From Octopus bimaculoides (taxonomy: Eukaryota): a stretch of DNA of 64,000 nucleotides. Below, piece by piece: positions 49,922 to 63,709 of this stretch. The translations under genes were made by a program, and so were the position numbers. Position 1 is the first letter of the stretch. Each line of letters starts with the position of its first letter. Location of the stretch: NCBI RefSeq assembly GCF_001194135.2, contig NC_068990.1, forward strand, positions 32,368,152 through 32,432,151, in the 5' to 3' direction. The notes under the pieces were generated by a model. It worked only from the letters and a program-made list of their open reading frames with translations. It searched no databases and was not told the origin of the DNA.

Positions 49922-51110
49922 TGATATACAATACCACAGAATGAGGTAGCCACCAACTGTCTTCCCTTGATGTATTTCCAAATACTCTACCAACAACTAT
50001 AACCAATCCAAAACAACTCTCAACAAACTATAACAACTTCTCAACAATTTCCTGTGATTCCACAACACCTTTTGACTTCCTGCAATTTCTCATCTGTTAC
50101 TCTCAGTCAAACATGCTGCTACTTATATGAGTTTGGCTGTTCCATTCTCACAGGGGGTGCCATGATTCTCGCTATATCATCTCCCCTTTTGAGATTTGAC
50201 TTCTGTAGGAAGTGCAGATTGTTTATTTAATTGTATTCTATTGTTTTCCATCATCAACTCTCCTTTTTTTGAGATTTTATTTTCCTCAGAAGTTTTAATA
50301 CTTCTTTCACTTAGGGACTATTTCTAGTCATTCTGTTTGTTTACGTTTTCTATTGCTGATCCATCTAGATTCAACCTCTTTTGGTATTGGAACATTGAAT
50401 AAGTCAAAACAAACTTCCATCAGTATTTCCTCTCTTTCTTTGGTATGTCTATTCTTCAACTAGTTCAAAAGTCATTTGTGCTCCCCTATTTGACCTTTTA
50501 TTATGTATATCATACTGCCTATTCTTTTTGTCACTATACTGTCCTTCCAACCTTATCTTCTATTCTTATATATTTTGAAATGAACTTTATCTCCTCTCCC
50601 ACATTAAAATACTTTGTTGTGTTTTCCCCATAAGTTTTTTCGTAGGTAACAATTTATCGAAAATTGATTTTATCTTCTGAGCAAACATTAGCTCTGTGGA
50701 CGACTTGCCTGAACAGGTGTTTGGGTTAGGTGTTACCCTGTAAACTCTTAAGAATTGAGTTAGTGCTGCATCATTGTCTAATTTATTTCCTGATTTTTTT
50801 TAGCACTTGCTTAAATGTGTCTACTAACGTTTCCTGCTAGCCCATTTGATCTTGGGTGGTATGGCAGAGAAGAGATGTAATTGACTGCAAAGCTCTCACA
50901 AAAATTTCTAAATTCATACCCCATAAACTATGTTCTGTTAATCGATACTGTGGTGTTCAGGGCACTGTATCATGCAATAAGTTCATGAAGGAACCTTATT
51001 GTTACCTTCAAGGTTGGTTGACTGCATTTACATATCTCCAACCACTTGGTATAGCTGTCTACTATGATGAGATAATACACACTGTTTACCAGTCCAGCAA
51101 AATATATTAG
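49922..51110 (-). mobile_element. Ty3/Gypsy remnant: integrase core, PPT and 3' LTR
   Basis: IYFAGLVNSVYYLIIVDSYTKWLEIC, PYHPRSNG, QFLRVYRVTPNPNTCSGKSSTELMF. PPT AAAAGGGGAGA (50180-90) precedes a 258-bp LTR (49922-50179) with TGATATA...TATATCA ends. Confidence 0.9.
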
Positions 51111-52016
51111 TCGGAGGAGGCTTAATGTCCACTTTAACATTTAGTATTTTCAAAGTTCAATGAAATTTGTATCTGATAAACGAGGGTCATTAATAATCAA
51201 CTAAAAACTATTGAAGGCAGTGCTCCAGCATGGTCTATTTTAACAGTTCGATTACAGAAACCAATAAATGTAGAAGAAAGTTGGAACTGAACTCAGAATG
51301 TAGAAAATGATACTAAATGTTGTAAAATAGTTTACCATTCTCTACCAATTCACCACTATAATATTAATCTCTGCAGGTGAGATATGTGAAATCAATTGAA
51401 TGAAGCCTCAATGCATGTATTGTATTTATCAAACCCCAGGAATATAGAGGTCAAAGTTGAAACTAGAATATATAAAAAAATATCAGATTAAATACTTTAA
51501 GACATTCAATTGAATGGTCTCCAATTCCTGCCAACCTACATCCTGTTGCACAAATAAGAACAATATTTCAAGATAATGGTTATATGACTGTAGACATGTG
51601 ATGAATACTATATGGCTGTTGTCTGCTTCAACTGACATAGTCTCTAAAGCCATATGTCTGGTTATCTACAAACACAGCAGAACAATATTATAATATTATT
51701 TTGAAGCACACAATCTCTCCTGTCTGATATGAACAAACAAAAGACACACATATGTATCAAAATAATTGTGGCATCAGTTGCCAAACTAGATCAGGCTTCA
51801 CAAATGAATCAAATGATTCTGACTGATTTTATCTTGTCTCTGTTACTACTGCAGTTAGCCCTGTGGTCTTTAATCATACATAAACAGACCAGAGAGGGAA
51901 ATCAATGCTATACATCCAGTCTTCCTCACAGTATTTTATAGTAAACTATTACTGCATCAGTAATACAGTTAAAAGAGGATCTTGATAAGTAATGTCGAAG
52001 AATGATAATAGAAAAT

Positions 52017-52265
52017 AAGGTAGCAAGCTGGCAGAAATGTTAGCACGCCGCGCAAAATGCTTAAATGCTTAGCGGTATTTCATCTGCAGTTACATTCTGA
52101 GTTCAAATTCTGCCGAGGTTGACTTTGCTTTCATCCTTTCAGGGTCAATTAGATAAGTTCTTGTTACGCACTGGGGTTGATGTAATCAACTTAACCCCTT
52201 TGTCTATTCTTGTTTATTCCTTCTATGTTTAGCCCCTTGTGGGCAATAAAGAAATAAAGAAATGA
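52017..52265 (+). mobile_element. SINE family A variant with a different 3' tail and 11-bp TSD
   Basis: ATAATAGAAAA at 52005-15 and 52266-76; tail GCAATAAAGAAATAAAGAAAT. Confidence 0.9.
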
Positions 52266-52394
52266 ATAATAGAAAAGTTTGAAAACTTACGTGACATTAG
52301 CAACAAAAGAAAACCAATGCTGGATATTGTGTAGTGTTAGCAACACCGGAAGATAAAAGAAATATTATTTATACATTAGCACTGAAAAACAGAT

Positions 52395-52612
52395 TCTTCT
52401 AGCCAAGCCACCTGGCAGGAGTCTTAGGGGTAGACCAAGGATGAGATGGTTGGATAATAGCCATAGTTTCAGTTGGTCATACTTGGGAATCTAGCTGGAA
52501 AGTGTAATGGTGGTTGCTTCTGATAGGACCCCATGGAGGAAGTGACAGAGGATTCTACCCCCATGACCTTTCCAGGAATAGTGGGCAGGATGGATGGATG
52601 GATGGATTAACA
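52395..52612 (+). mobile_element. RTE (Rex3/Expander-like) 3' end with (GGAT)n tail
   Basis: LLAKPPGRSLRGRPRMRWLD, then ATGGATGGATGG; a similar tail lies at about 57600-57695. Confidence 0.65.
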
Positions 52613-54143
52613 ACTCTAGGAAAAAAGTAGCAATGAAAAAGAATTAACATTAACACAATTAAATAAAAGAAACTGAGTTTTAATCAATGTAGCATTAGAA
52701 ACAGTAAAGGCAACTAAAAAGACATGTAGCAATTGTTACATTGGTTGATAATTCTAAACATTAGTAACATTGAAACTTTAAACTAAAATGTAATCATTCA
52801 ACTTGAGCCAAAATATAAATATAATATTGATTTCTAACATTCCTATGGTGGTATTGATTCTCACATACGATATAACATTAGCAACATTTGATGATAAAGA
52901 ATATAATATGCCTTTAAGTAAGATTGAAAAAATATTACTACAAAAACTCATGCAAAATTAGCAACAATGAAAAGAAAAGTATGAAGCCATTTCGGTAGAA
53001 AGAAACATATGTAACATTTGAAAAAAGTAAACCTATAAAAAGGGATTAAAGATTACCAAAACTGTAAAGTAACCAAATAGTAATGTTGAAAAGCAGCATT
53101 CAGAAAGAAGGACAAGAATGTAAAAATATTCAGAATGAAAGGGGGGGGGGGAAACAAATAAAAACAGGGAAGAAAACTGGAGGGAAACTAAAAAAGAAAA
53201 AAAGTTTGTATGAGAAAGCTAAAAAGAAATCCATAGATGTCATTAAGTACATAAGAACAAAGAAACAGAAGAGAATAAGTAAATAAACAGACATTGCTTT
53301 AACAAGATCAACAAAAGTGGTGTAATGAAATTAACAAATTTATAGGATAAATAACTGAATCAATAAATCTCAGCCAAGAAAAGCTATCATATAAAACTTT
53401 CCTTCTTCCATATAGATGTTCTCTGTTAACAACATTTTACAATGTTGGAAAAAATCAAAAATCAAATGCTGCAAAACAAAACAGAAAGTAGTTTGCCATG
53501 TAGCTTATTTCAAATGTCTTCATGTTTCTTTAGTTTTTGAGGGGTTTTTGCTGGTCCTCTTATCATGAGACAAACAAGATAATAAACAGAATCCAACCCT
53601 GCTGCTAAATGTCACTTGATGTAAATCACATGATGCATCTATTACAAAAACACACTCACACACACACATATATATATCATCATCATCTTCATCATCGTCT
53701 TCATCCTCTTTTCTGTACTTGCGTGGGTGAGATGGAATTCATTGAAACAAATTGTCTAAATCTGGATGTCCTTCTTGTTACCAACGTTCTCTTGTTTCCA
53801 AGTAAGGAAATATTTCCTCATGATCAGACATGCTTTTACAGAAGATTAGAAACAAACAACATTGCTTGTATGATAGGGAAACTCATTTACAACTACCATC
53901 TGATTTCAAGGCAAGGAGTCACAAACTCACCACCGCAAGAGTACACACCCACACACACACATGTATTATAGGCTTCTCTCAGTTTCTATTTATTAAATTC
54001 ATTTACATGTCTTCAGTTGGCTATCATAGAAGACATAATATCATACAGTCAAACTGAAAATGAAACCATGAGGTTGAAATTATCTCCCTTCCAGAAAACA
54101 TAAAATAAATATGGAATAATAACTGTGACCAACACACACACAT

Positions 54144-54177
<34 letters not shown>

Positions 54178-54189
54178 ACATGTGTAAAC

Positions 54190-54400
54190 GCATCCTTGTC
54201 TGTATGGTTAAATGGCTTGCTATCTAATCACATGGTTTCAAGCTTGCTATCTGATCACATTGTGTGGCATCTTAGGCAAGTATCTTCTGCCACAGCCCTG
54301 AACAGACCAAAGTTTTAAAAGCAGATTTGGTAGATGGTAACTGAAAGAAGACCATTGTGTTTGTGCATGAGTGTGTGTGTGTGTGTGTGTGCACAATCGC
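54190..54400 (+). mobile_element. SINE family B 5' part (degenerate)
   Basis: GGCAAGTATCTTCTGCC...GGATTTGGTAGATGG-like CORE segment followed by (TG)n. Confidence 0.65.
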
Positions 54401-54799
54401 ATGTATGAGTGCGTGTTTGTGCATGCATATGTATATGTGTCTCCTTGTCTCAACATATAAATAAATGTCATTATTGTACAAGCTTTGTTTTTCCTTTCCA
54501 ATCTTTCATGGAAGAGAGGACATTAAAATGAAGATGATATTTTATTGATAAAATACATTCTAGTATCATAATAGCCAAATTACTAATTGGTTTCACCATG
54601 GGCAGTATGCCAATGGAAGTCTCCAGTGGCAAAGGGGAGGATTTCTGAAAGTATATTTGCTAGAGTATGAACCAGATGGAGTAAGTTCTGAGAGTTTTTA
54701 TCTTTGTTGGAAATAAATGATTTCTCTCTCAGATTGAAAGGGCAGAAGAGCACATGAGCAGTCAACGGCCGTCCGACATATGTGTATATGTGCATGTAT

Positions 54800-54935
54800 G
54801 TATGCGCAGGGACATGGAAATACCTGGGTTGGTGTCCAGGCATACAGTTGGCCCACTGGGAGTGGGAGACCCCTCTGTTGTTGTTACAGCATCTCTCTAG
54901 GAAAGGAAAACTCTGAAAGAAAACCTGCGACACTG
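54800..54935 (+). mobile_element. RTE-type 5'-region fragment
   Basis: CTCTCTAGGAAAGGAAAACTCTGA..AAACC resembles the motif recalled from RTE 5' UTRs. Confidence 0.35.
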
Positions 54936-55134
54936 ACAATATTCAATGATGTAGACTTGTACTTCTTTGTGAGTTTATGTTGTCCATGTCAGAGAGTGGG
55001 ATTGGATTTGTGCAAATCCTTTCCTCACTATAAAAAATCGTCATCCACAAGCATTGCTTGGAAAAAAAAAGTAAGACCTATCACAAAATGGCCTTCGCAT
55101 GTGTGGGACTTTATAGGTATGTATGTATGTATAC

Positions 55135-55296
55135 TGTTTTACTCTTTTACTTATTTCAGTCATTTGACTGTGGCCATGCTGGAGCACCGCCTTTAGTTGA
55201 GCAAATCGACCCCAGAACTTATTCTTTGTAAGCCTAGTATTTATTCTATCGGTCTTTTTTGCCAAACCGCTAAGCTACATGCACACACACAAACAG

Positions 55297-55331
<35 letters not shown>

Positions 55332-55490
55332 TGTACGACGAGCTTCTTTCAGTTTCCGTCTACGAAATCCACTCACAAGGCTTTGGTCGACCCAAGGCTA
55401 TAGTAGAAGGCATTTTCCCAAAGCGGCACACAATGGGACTGAACCTGGAACCAAGTGGTGTTAAGAAGCAAGCTTCTTACCACACACATA
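55135..55490 (-). mobile_element. SINE family B, near full length
   Basis: High identity to 11307-11690. Confidence 0.9.
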
Positions 55491-56187
55491 TTGTTAAATA
55501 TATATAGAGAGAGAGAAAGAGAGAGAGAGAGAGAAAGAAAGAGAGATAGAGGGGTAGGAGAGAACGAGAGAGAGATAAAGAAAAAGAGATAGAGAGAAAG
55601 AGAGAGAGAGAGAGGTGGCTTGATAGATATTGTTGTGTATAAACGTATATTTACATTTTATAGAGATGTATATGTGTATGTATACATGTAAAATGTCTTG
55701 TGTGTTTAAATTTCTAATATTTCAATTCAAATATAAAACCTGCTGCCATACATATTGCCGGTGTATTTACTTTTTACATGTAAATACTCCACATGGATGC
55801 CAATTGTCTACTATAGTGTCAACATTATTATTGTTGATGTTGTTGATGCTGGCATCATGATCATCATGATCATCATGAAAACTACAACTACACCTATCAG
55901 CTTCACCATAAGCAGAGCAGTACGGTTTGTTGAATAGCAATGATGATGATGGGAATGGTGATGATGATGATGATAATGATGATGATGACGAAGAAAAGAA
56001 GAATTACAACAACAACAACAACAACAACAACAGTAATGATGCTGATGATGGTGTTGGCTGTGAAACTATTTCAATTTCTCGGGAAATCACACTTCCTCAC
56101 ATTATTTGATGAAATTAGGAATGAAATGTTAAGCTCCTCTTTCCTTTACTGAAAATTGTATTTACTTTGTTTTATCATAAGGAACAT

Positions 56188-56227
<40 letters not shown>

Positions 56228-56234
56228 ACATACA

Positions 56235-56345
56235 TACATATGGATTTTCACATACAAGCAGACATATGTATTCACATACAAGCAGACATATGTATTCACA
56301 TACATAGAAGCATATGTATTGACACTTAAAATACATGTATATTCA
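56235..56345 (+). repeat. 24-bp minisatellite (CATACAAGCAGACATATGTATTCA), about 4 copies, within (CA)n
   Basis: Two exact copies at about 56251 and 56275, followed by degenerate ones. Confidence 0.8.
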
Positions 56346-56954
56346 GACATGCCACATATATGTATATCCACACACACACACACACACACTTAATAAATAT
56401 TTACATAGGAAGTAAGTTTTCAATAAAATACTTTATTCTAGATGAAACTAAATAGATTAAATCTTATTGATATAATTTCTACTTGGAAATCGTCAAAAAT
56501 TTGGTTTTCTGAAGATATACTCAACTTTGAAGTAGCAGCTTGTCATATTCACCATATTGTCATCTTTGCCTTCTTTTTCTTTGAAAAATTGTGACAAAGG
56601 GTTCAAGTATTGATGGACATTTTCTGTTGAGTAAATAAAGTAAGATTTCAGCACATTCATCTAAAATTGCATGTCTTCTGTTTAATCAATAGAGAATAAA
56701 ATCATTTACCTTCTGCTAAACTTGAAGTAGGTTAGGAGAGTAGCAAGCAATCATAGTGTAGAGATAAGATTCTAGTGAGTTGATACTGAAGTTCAGTTTC
56801 AATTCTTAGCTGTTACCATGTTCTTCATCTATGTCATTAATGATCTCAGGTGACATAAGGATTCAACATAATTTTATGTCCATTCTTCCCTCTGTAAATC
56901 TGATAATTTGTAGATATGTCTGAAATAGATATCTTTTATTTTTTTAATCATTTT

Positions 56955-57290
56955 CTTGTTACAGTCATTGGACTGTAGCCATATTTGGATACTGCATTGA
57001 AGAGTTTAGTTGAACAAATCAACCCTGGTACTTATCTTTTAAAGCCTGGTGCCTATTCTGTCAGTTTCTTATCCTCAACTGCTAAGTTATAGGACATAAA
57101 CAAACCAACAATAGTTGTCAAGCAGTGGTGATAGACAAACACACACACACACACACACACACAATGAAAGAATTAAAGGCAAAGTCGTCCTCAGCAGAAT
57201 TTGATCTCAGAATATGAAGACAAATGAAAAGGTGCTAAGCATTTTACCCAGCATGCTAAAAATTCTGTCAACTTGCTGCTTTAGTCCATT
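56955..57290 (-). mobile_element. Adjacent degenerate SINE B 3' part and SINE A head
   Basis: CAGTCATTGGACTGTAGCC...; AGAATTTGATCTCAG...TGCTAAGCATTTTACCCAGCATGCTAA. Confidence 0.7.
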
Positions 57291-57739
57291 TAAATATTGA
57301 AAGAAGAAAATTTCGGTGTAATTGCTTGATATGCACGATATAAAAGATTGTCTTGTGACTGTTTTCTAAATGGTGATAGCATGTTGTAGTTTCAAACCTT
57401 GAGACAACTTGTCTTACATGACATCTACATGTCTGAATTATCGAATAACTGCTTCTATTTGCAATATGTCCAATATATTGAGCATATTACATCCCCAATG
57501 GATGTCAAGTTAAGTTGCTAGACTACCAATAATAGGACCATTATTCAAACCCTTTTATTGTCTGCTAATACAGTTCCAAAGTGTAATGATAGTTGCTTCT
57601 CATGGGACTCTGTGGAAGAGGTGCCTGAGGACTCAGTCCTCAAAATCATCTCAGGAATTGTGGGTGGAAAAGATGGATGGATAGATGGATGAATATACTG
57701 ATATATAATTAATATTCAAAATATATTGTTTAGAGATGC

Positions 57740-57960
57740 ACTGTTTGGTCATGTGATGCAAAAGGATGAGGACAGTTGTATGTAGATGTGCTACTCATTT
57801 AAAGTGGATTGAACATGTGAAAGAGAGAGATCCAGGAAGATGTGGGATGATGTGTTGAGGGCTGATTTCAAGATATTGAGCCTTGCAGAGATACAAAGGG
57901 CTAAGATGATTAGCAATTTTCTGTGCTCAGGAAGATCTGTCCATCACCATGAAAGTGAGG
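57740..57960 (+). mobile_element. Degenerate RTE ORF2 C-terminus
   Basis: LFGHVMQKDEDSC...RSRKMWDDVLRADFK. Confidence 0.65.
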
Positions 57961-60900
57961 TCTTAAAAGTATCATGCATATTCCTGTCCATGTTGGGCCC
58001 TACACCCAATTTGCCAATATTAAATGTCCTCCACATCTCAACTTCCAAACACCCATCCTTCCATTACTCTTCTATCTATGGTACTATACTCAGCTGCTGA
58101 AATAAATTGAGAGCAGAAGCAGCACATGCTTCATCCCCACTTTTGGTATTACCAGTTACCACACTCTCATTATCATTCCTTCCATATTATTTATTCTCCA
58201 CCAGTTACTCCCACCCCACCTTCTGTGCTTTCAGTAATCTCTCCCTTCACTCCAAGTAATCTCTCACCTCCACATCCACTGCAAGCCACTGTCTTCCGGA
58301 AAAGAAAGTGGGGAAGGGTTGTGAGGACCTCTGAGTTCCCCTCTAATAGAGTTTTGTTTTGTGAGTTTTTTTTTTCCCTTTTCCAGGTTATTTCATATGC
58401 CTTCAATGAATGTGACATCGAAATTATGTGCAAACGGCTCCTTTCCCCAGAAAAGGAAAGGTTTGGCTGCTATTTCTTGCATGCCCTGCAATCATGTAAC
58501 AGCTATTTCTGGTTCTTTATTGCAATTAGATGCTACATAGTAGCATGGCGTGCTAGAAATAGCAGCTAAATCTTTGGTGTGAGATATATTGAATGCACTC
58601 AAAAAAAACCTATGGAAAAAAATCATTTCACACTGAGGTGTTACAAACAGGTCTTTTACGAAATATTTACTGTATTTTTAAAGTTATTTTCACTTTAAAA
58701 AACTTTTTAAATATGCCAAAAAATTTTTGTAATGGTATTCACTTGAAAATAATTTTAAAAAGCATTAAAATATTGTCTGTTTAGAGAAAGCTAAAATATG
58801 AATACTTACCGTACAAACAGCTTACATTTTTGAAATCACATACACTTAAAATATTTCTAAATGATTAAAATATTGTGTTTAGCAAAAGCGAAAATAGAAA
58901 CATTTATTGTAAAAAACAACTTGTACTTGTCAGGTTAAAATCACTAATGTGTCTAATTGAAAAGTTATTTTTCAGAGTATTTTCCCATTATGTACTGTTT
59001 TGGGTATTTATACCCCCAGAATCTCATGAACCAGTTGTCTGATTTATGCAAAACTTGTTTTATTTCATTTGTATTCACATTTCAAGGGGACCTTAATTCA
59101 TAGTATTTTCCCATTATGTGCCAGTTTGGCTGTGTAACATTGCAAGCAAGCAAGCAAAATTGAAGTCCATTTTTATATATATATATATATATATTATGTA
59201 GGTAGAGTAAAATTTAAGCTGTGTTCTCTTAAAGCACATCTGCTTATTCCAGTATTACAATCCTGTATGCAGTTATTGTAGTTGTATTGATGTGAGGTAT
59301 GTATTAGAGTTGAAAATTCTGAAAATATTGTTTGCAGGAAATTTCTTACATGTTTATCCAACATGTACAAGTTTGTGATTCCTATTAGTAAATGAAACAT
59401 CTGTAATGGCAAAGAAATAATATCAAAAAAGTATGTGTGTGTGTGTGTGTGTGTGTGCGCGTGTGTGTGCATGTGTGTGCATGTGCGTGTATGTGTGCAT
59501 GTTTGTGTGTGTATGTCATTCACTGTAATATATTGGCAAATGATACAAGAAGTAATAGAAGCTGAAAATCAATGTTTTACAAAGTCCTTTGAAATATTCA
59601 TTTTGCATTGAATTAGATACTCCCTTGTCACTCTCTCCATAAGAAATGCTATGAACCAGTGATTCGCCCATCAGAAATGTGCTCTCAAAGTTGCTATTGT
59701 CTACCAAATACAATATAAAATTAAAATATAATCTAACATTCCAGAAAGTTTTCCACTTTTCTATGTGATAACACGATCTGATAAAATCATGTGATAAATA
59801 AAATCATTTGAGAGTATGATTTGGAAGAGCTTCTATCATGTACAATAATGAAATGTTATGACAAGATAAAAACTAACAAAATTTGATACTGACATCTAAG
59901 TCAGTATTTTAAAGGCATTGGCTTTTAACACATTGGCTTTGGTAAATGTTAAATTGTTTTCTCAACAAAGCAGTATTATGGAGACGCTATCGGTCAACAT
60001 TGTCAAGCTCTTGTTTGAAAGAATATGACAGGAATACAATAAATACTGATACACTTTCCTCTCTTGTAGACCAAAAGAATTGAGTTTGACAGGACAAATA
60101 GAAGCAACTGAGAATATCATTATTGTAGTTAATAGCTTAACCATAACACTGTTCTGATTATTATTCCACAGACAATGAAGACAGAGATAGACGTTCATGG
60201 TTTAGGAACCAAATTCCATAATTTACTTACTTTGATTATTTACTGTTCAGAGTTCATATGTTGCCAAGCCAGGGTGTCTTATAATTGAAAATGTTTTTCA
60301 AAAGATAAAATGATAGAAGAAGTAAAAAACAAACAGACAAAAAAAAAATAAAGCAGTAGCACAGCAACAACAGCAGCAGCAGCAGCAGTAGCAAGAAAAT
60401 CAACAGCAGCAGTAACAAAAACAGCAATAACAATAACAACAATAGTAGCAGTAATAGTCCAAAGACTAAATCAGCAAAAGACTACATTCATATACTATAG
60501 CAGAAATTGGAAATATGCTTTCACACTTTTCTCCAAGGTGTTATTAAGTTGTATAAGTTGTATGAAATACTTTCCTTAGGAAAGAAAACTTGATTATGGA
60601 ATAAGTTCTTAACAGAAGGGAATGTTAGTTATAATAACAGTTAGTTATACAGTGATTACTTTGTTATTTTTAAGTACATACACCATCAGTAGTCATTGAC
60701 AATACTCTCTTTTCAACATCAAAGCTAGCAATACAAAAACAGATGTGGCAACCATTTCAACTCAAACAATGTGAATTCTAATTTCCAGTGTTCAGAGTGG
60801 TTGCATTGTAAATTACCTTGGAGACGGCACACAGATAATTTGATAACCCTGTGTATAAAATACCTATAAAAGATGTTTGTGTCTAGACAAAGACTAGAAG

Positions 60901-61242
60901 TGAAATAAATAACTAGTAAAATATATAACAACAAATGGTTCAACACACGTATAGGAAGATCAAAGGTTCCAATTAAAGATAGGAGTTTAAGGATATATTC
61001 ATAAAAACAACTCCAGACTTTTATGACAATTATTTATGTAAGAAATTAATATAAAATTAACTCATTGGATATAAAGTGCCTGTGGATGGCATCAGAAGAC
61101 TGTCTGAGTTCTTACTGCAAAGTGGGTGGAACATTTAATCATCTCTATTCCCATTGCTGTACAGTACCAAGGACCAAAACACATCTGGCTCAGTTTATTG
61201 GTTATAAAAAGATACACTGTAGATATACATGGTTCTGAGCTG

Positions 61243-61530
61243 ACCAAAGCCTTGTGAGTGGATTTGGTAGTCAGAAATGGAAAGAAGCCCATGGTATATG
61301 TGTGTGAGTATGTGTGTGTATGTGTGCATGCATGCACATGTGTGTGTGTGTGTCTTTGTGCCTATGTTTGTCTCACACCCAGCTGGACAACTGGTGTTGG
61401 TATGTTTATGTCATGGTTTGGTAAAAGACACCAATAGAATTGCTAAGTCCTGAGGTTGATTTATTTGACTCAACATTCTTCAGGGAGGTGCTCCAGTATG
61501 GCTGCAGTCTAATGACTGAAACAAGTTAAA
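61243..61530 (+). mobile_element. SINE family B (degenerate)
   Basis: GACCAAAGCCTTGTGAGTGGATTTGG...GACTGAAACAAG. Confidence 0.8.
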
Positions 61531-62574
61531 TATAGAAAAATAACAGATACTGCTCAATGTTCTAAGTTTTTAGTATATTTGATTGAGATTTTCATTACTT
61601 TGTAAGGTAGTATTCAAATTACAAAACATTTGCACCATTTCCCAATTTAACTAATAACAATTAATAACCACCAGACTAAAGTGTATTAAATAGTACTGAT
61701 GAAGTTAGCTAAAAGCTTCTAATTTGAATAAGATACTTCTAATTTTGAAGCTTGGCAATATCTTCAACAGTGAAAGTACAATTTGCTTCTTCATGTATCT
61801 TCTCTGTGATGGGAAACGGAGTTGAATGAAGCAATCCTCATTCATATGAAACAGTAGAATAAAGAATCCATCCGAAATTGTGTTCCTATAACCTATCATA
61901 AGAATATTTTTTGGTAAATATGAAGTTGATGTTACTTAGAACTTATTGCAGTAAATATTGTGAATATCTACAGTTGCTTAATCTGCTAGAAATAGCAGCC
62001 AAGTCTCCCTGCTATCTTAAAAGAAACCCAGGTCACATAGGATAAGGTAATCTTAGATATGTTATATCTGAAAACAAAGGACATGATGGTCACAATGGAG
62101 TGTCTGATCATAGAACTGGGTAAGGGCTGATATACAAACAAGACAATAATGTTTGCTTATGTCAAGAGATAAAACAACTAAACAAAAACTGGAAGAAAGT
62201 TCTAGCACAACCTCTTAAGAACTGGTGAATCCTATAACTCAATAGATTATTAGAGATTTACTAAAGACTACCTATTTATGTAGTATATCTAGGGGACAAG
62301 TCAACTGACCCCAAAAAGAAAGTCAAGACTGCATTCAAACTAAAATTGCAGGAGTTAAACTTAACAAGTCAGAGAAGCATTTGTCAGTTTTGGGAGTACT
62401 ACTACTGCATCTAGCATTGAGTTATTGCCACTCTGGGGCACCTATTTTGAGTGTAGGTCCCCCCGCCCCCCAGGACAAAACCCCCTTGGACAAAACCCCC
62501 ATAATTAAAGTGCGAAAGTGGACAAAACCCACTTGGTTACATTTTTTGGTTATTTTTCGTTTTTTTCCCCTTTT

Positions 62575-62720
62575 GCTTGTTTCAGTCATTAGACTGTGGC
62601 CATGCTGTGGTACCACTTTGAAGAATTTTTAGTTGAACGAATTGACTCCAGAATTTTTTTTTCTTTTTCACTTGTTGTGTTATTAGATTGTGGCTATACT
62701 GGGGCACCACTTTGAATTTT
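62575..62720 (-). mobile_element. Two tandem SINE B 3' ends
   Basis: GACTGTGGC..ACCACTTTGAA..TTTTAGTTGAA is duplicated. Confidence 0.7.
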
Positions 62721-63129
62721 TAGTTGAATGTATCAACCACAGAATTTTTTTAGGTGATTTTCAACCAGCGCATGAAGTTAAGCCTTAAAAGTCTCTCCAT
62801 ATGCTAGAAACAGCAGCCAAATCTCTTGAATTTCTTTCTATAATTTCACGAAAACAAAAATGGAAATCATGGTTCCTATTTTTTAGTAAACAAAAATATA
62901 TTCAATCAAAAATAAATAAGTAGGAGCACAAGACTCTTTACTACTCAATGTACATATTGTTTGAATTTTAACAAAAAAGAAAGTATTTTCTTCAAGAAAT
63001 GTTTGGAAAGATAGAAACAATAAGAAGTACGTTTGAATGACTAGCCCTCAAGGCCATAATTCTGTTAGACCTTCAACAGCTGGAGAAAGTTCAAAAGGTC
63101 AGCTCTCTATATATGTATGTATACAACTG

Positions 63130-63400
63130 CATGTGTGTGAGTGTGTGTATATGTGTGTTTGTGTGTGTGTGCATATGTGTGTGTGTGTGTGTGTGTTTGT
63201 CCTCCCCCAAATAGTTGACAACCAATGTTAGAGTTTACATTACTGTGACTCAGCAGTTTGGCAAAAGGAGACCAATAAAATAGGTACCAGGTTTAAAAAA
63301 TAAGCACAGGGGTCAGCACATGTTCACCTAAATACTTCAGGGTGATGCCCCAGCATAGCCACAGTCCAATGATGGAGACAAGTAAATGATAAAAGATAAA
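63130..63400 (+). mobile_element. SINE family B 3' half (degenerate)
   Basis: (TG)n, GCAAAAGGAGACC, CAGCATAGCCACAGTCCAATGA. Confidence 0.7.
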
Positions 63401-63453
63401 AGACATACCATAATTTATGCCATAGTATATACTGTCTGAAGATAATATATACC

Positions 63454-63490
<37 letters not shown>

Positions 63491-63709
63491 TATCTAAAGA
63501 TAATATATAGGGTAACATATAACACTTATTATCTCAAAACAATACATGTCCCACAGAGATTGGAACCGTTCTGCAGATAAACAGAAACTATAATAAAATG
63601 TAATTTATAACTGGATTCTGACTTAGAAGTCAGTGAAGTTAATTCTTTGGAAAGTTAAAAACATATTTGCTTCATTCTTCATTGTTGTTCACATTTCTGT
63701 ATCTTCTCA

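Noticed and set aside
58126-58569. 147-aa ORF as a standalone gene
   Set aside because: Low-complexity start, runs through a polypyrimidine tract and into a repeat; only the short internal exon candidate is kept.
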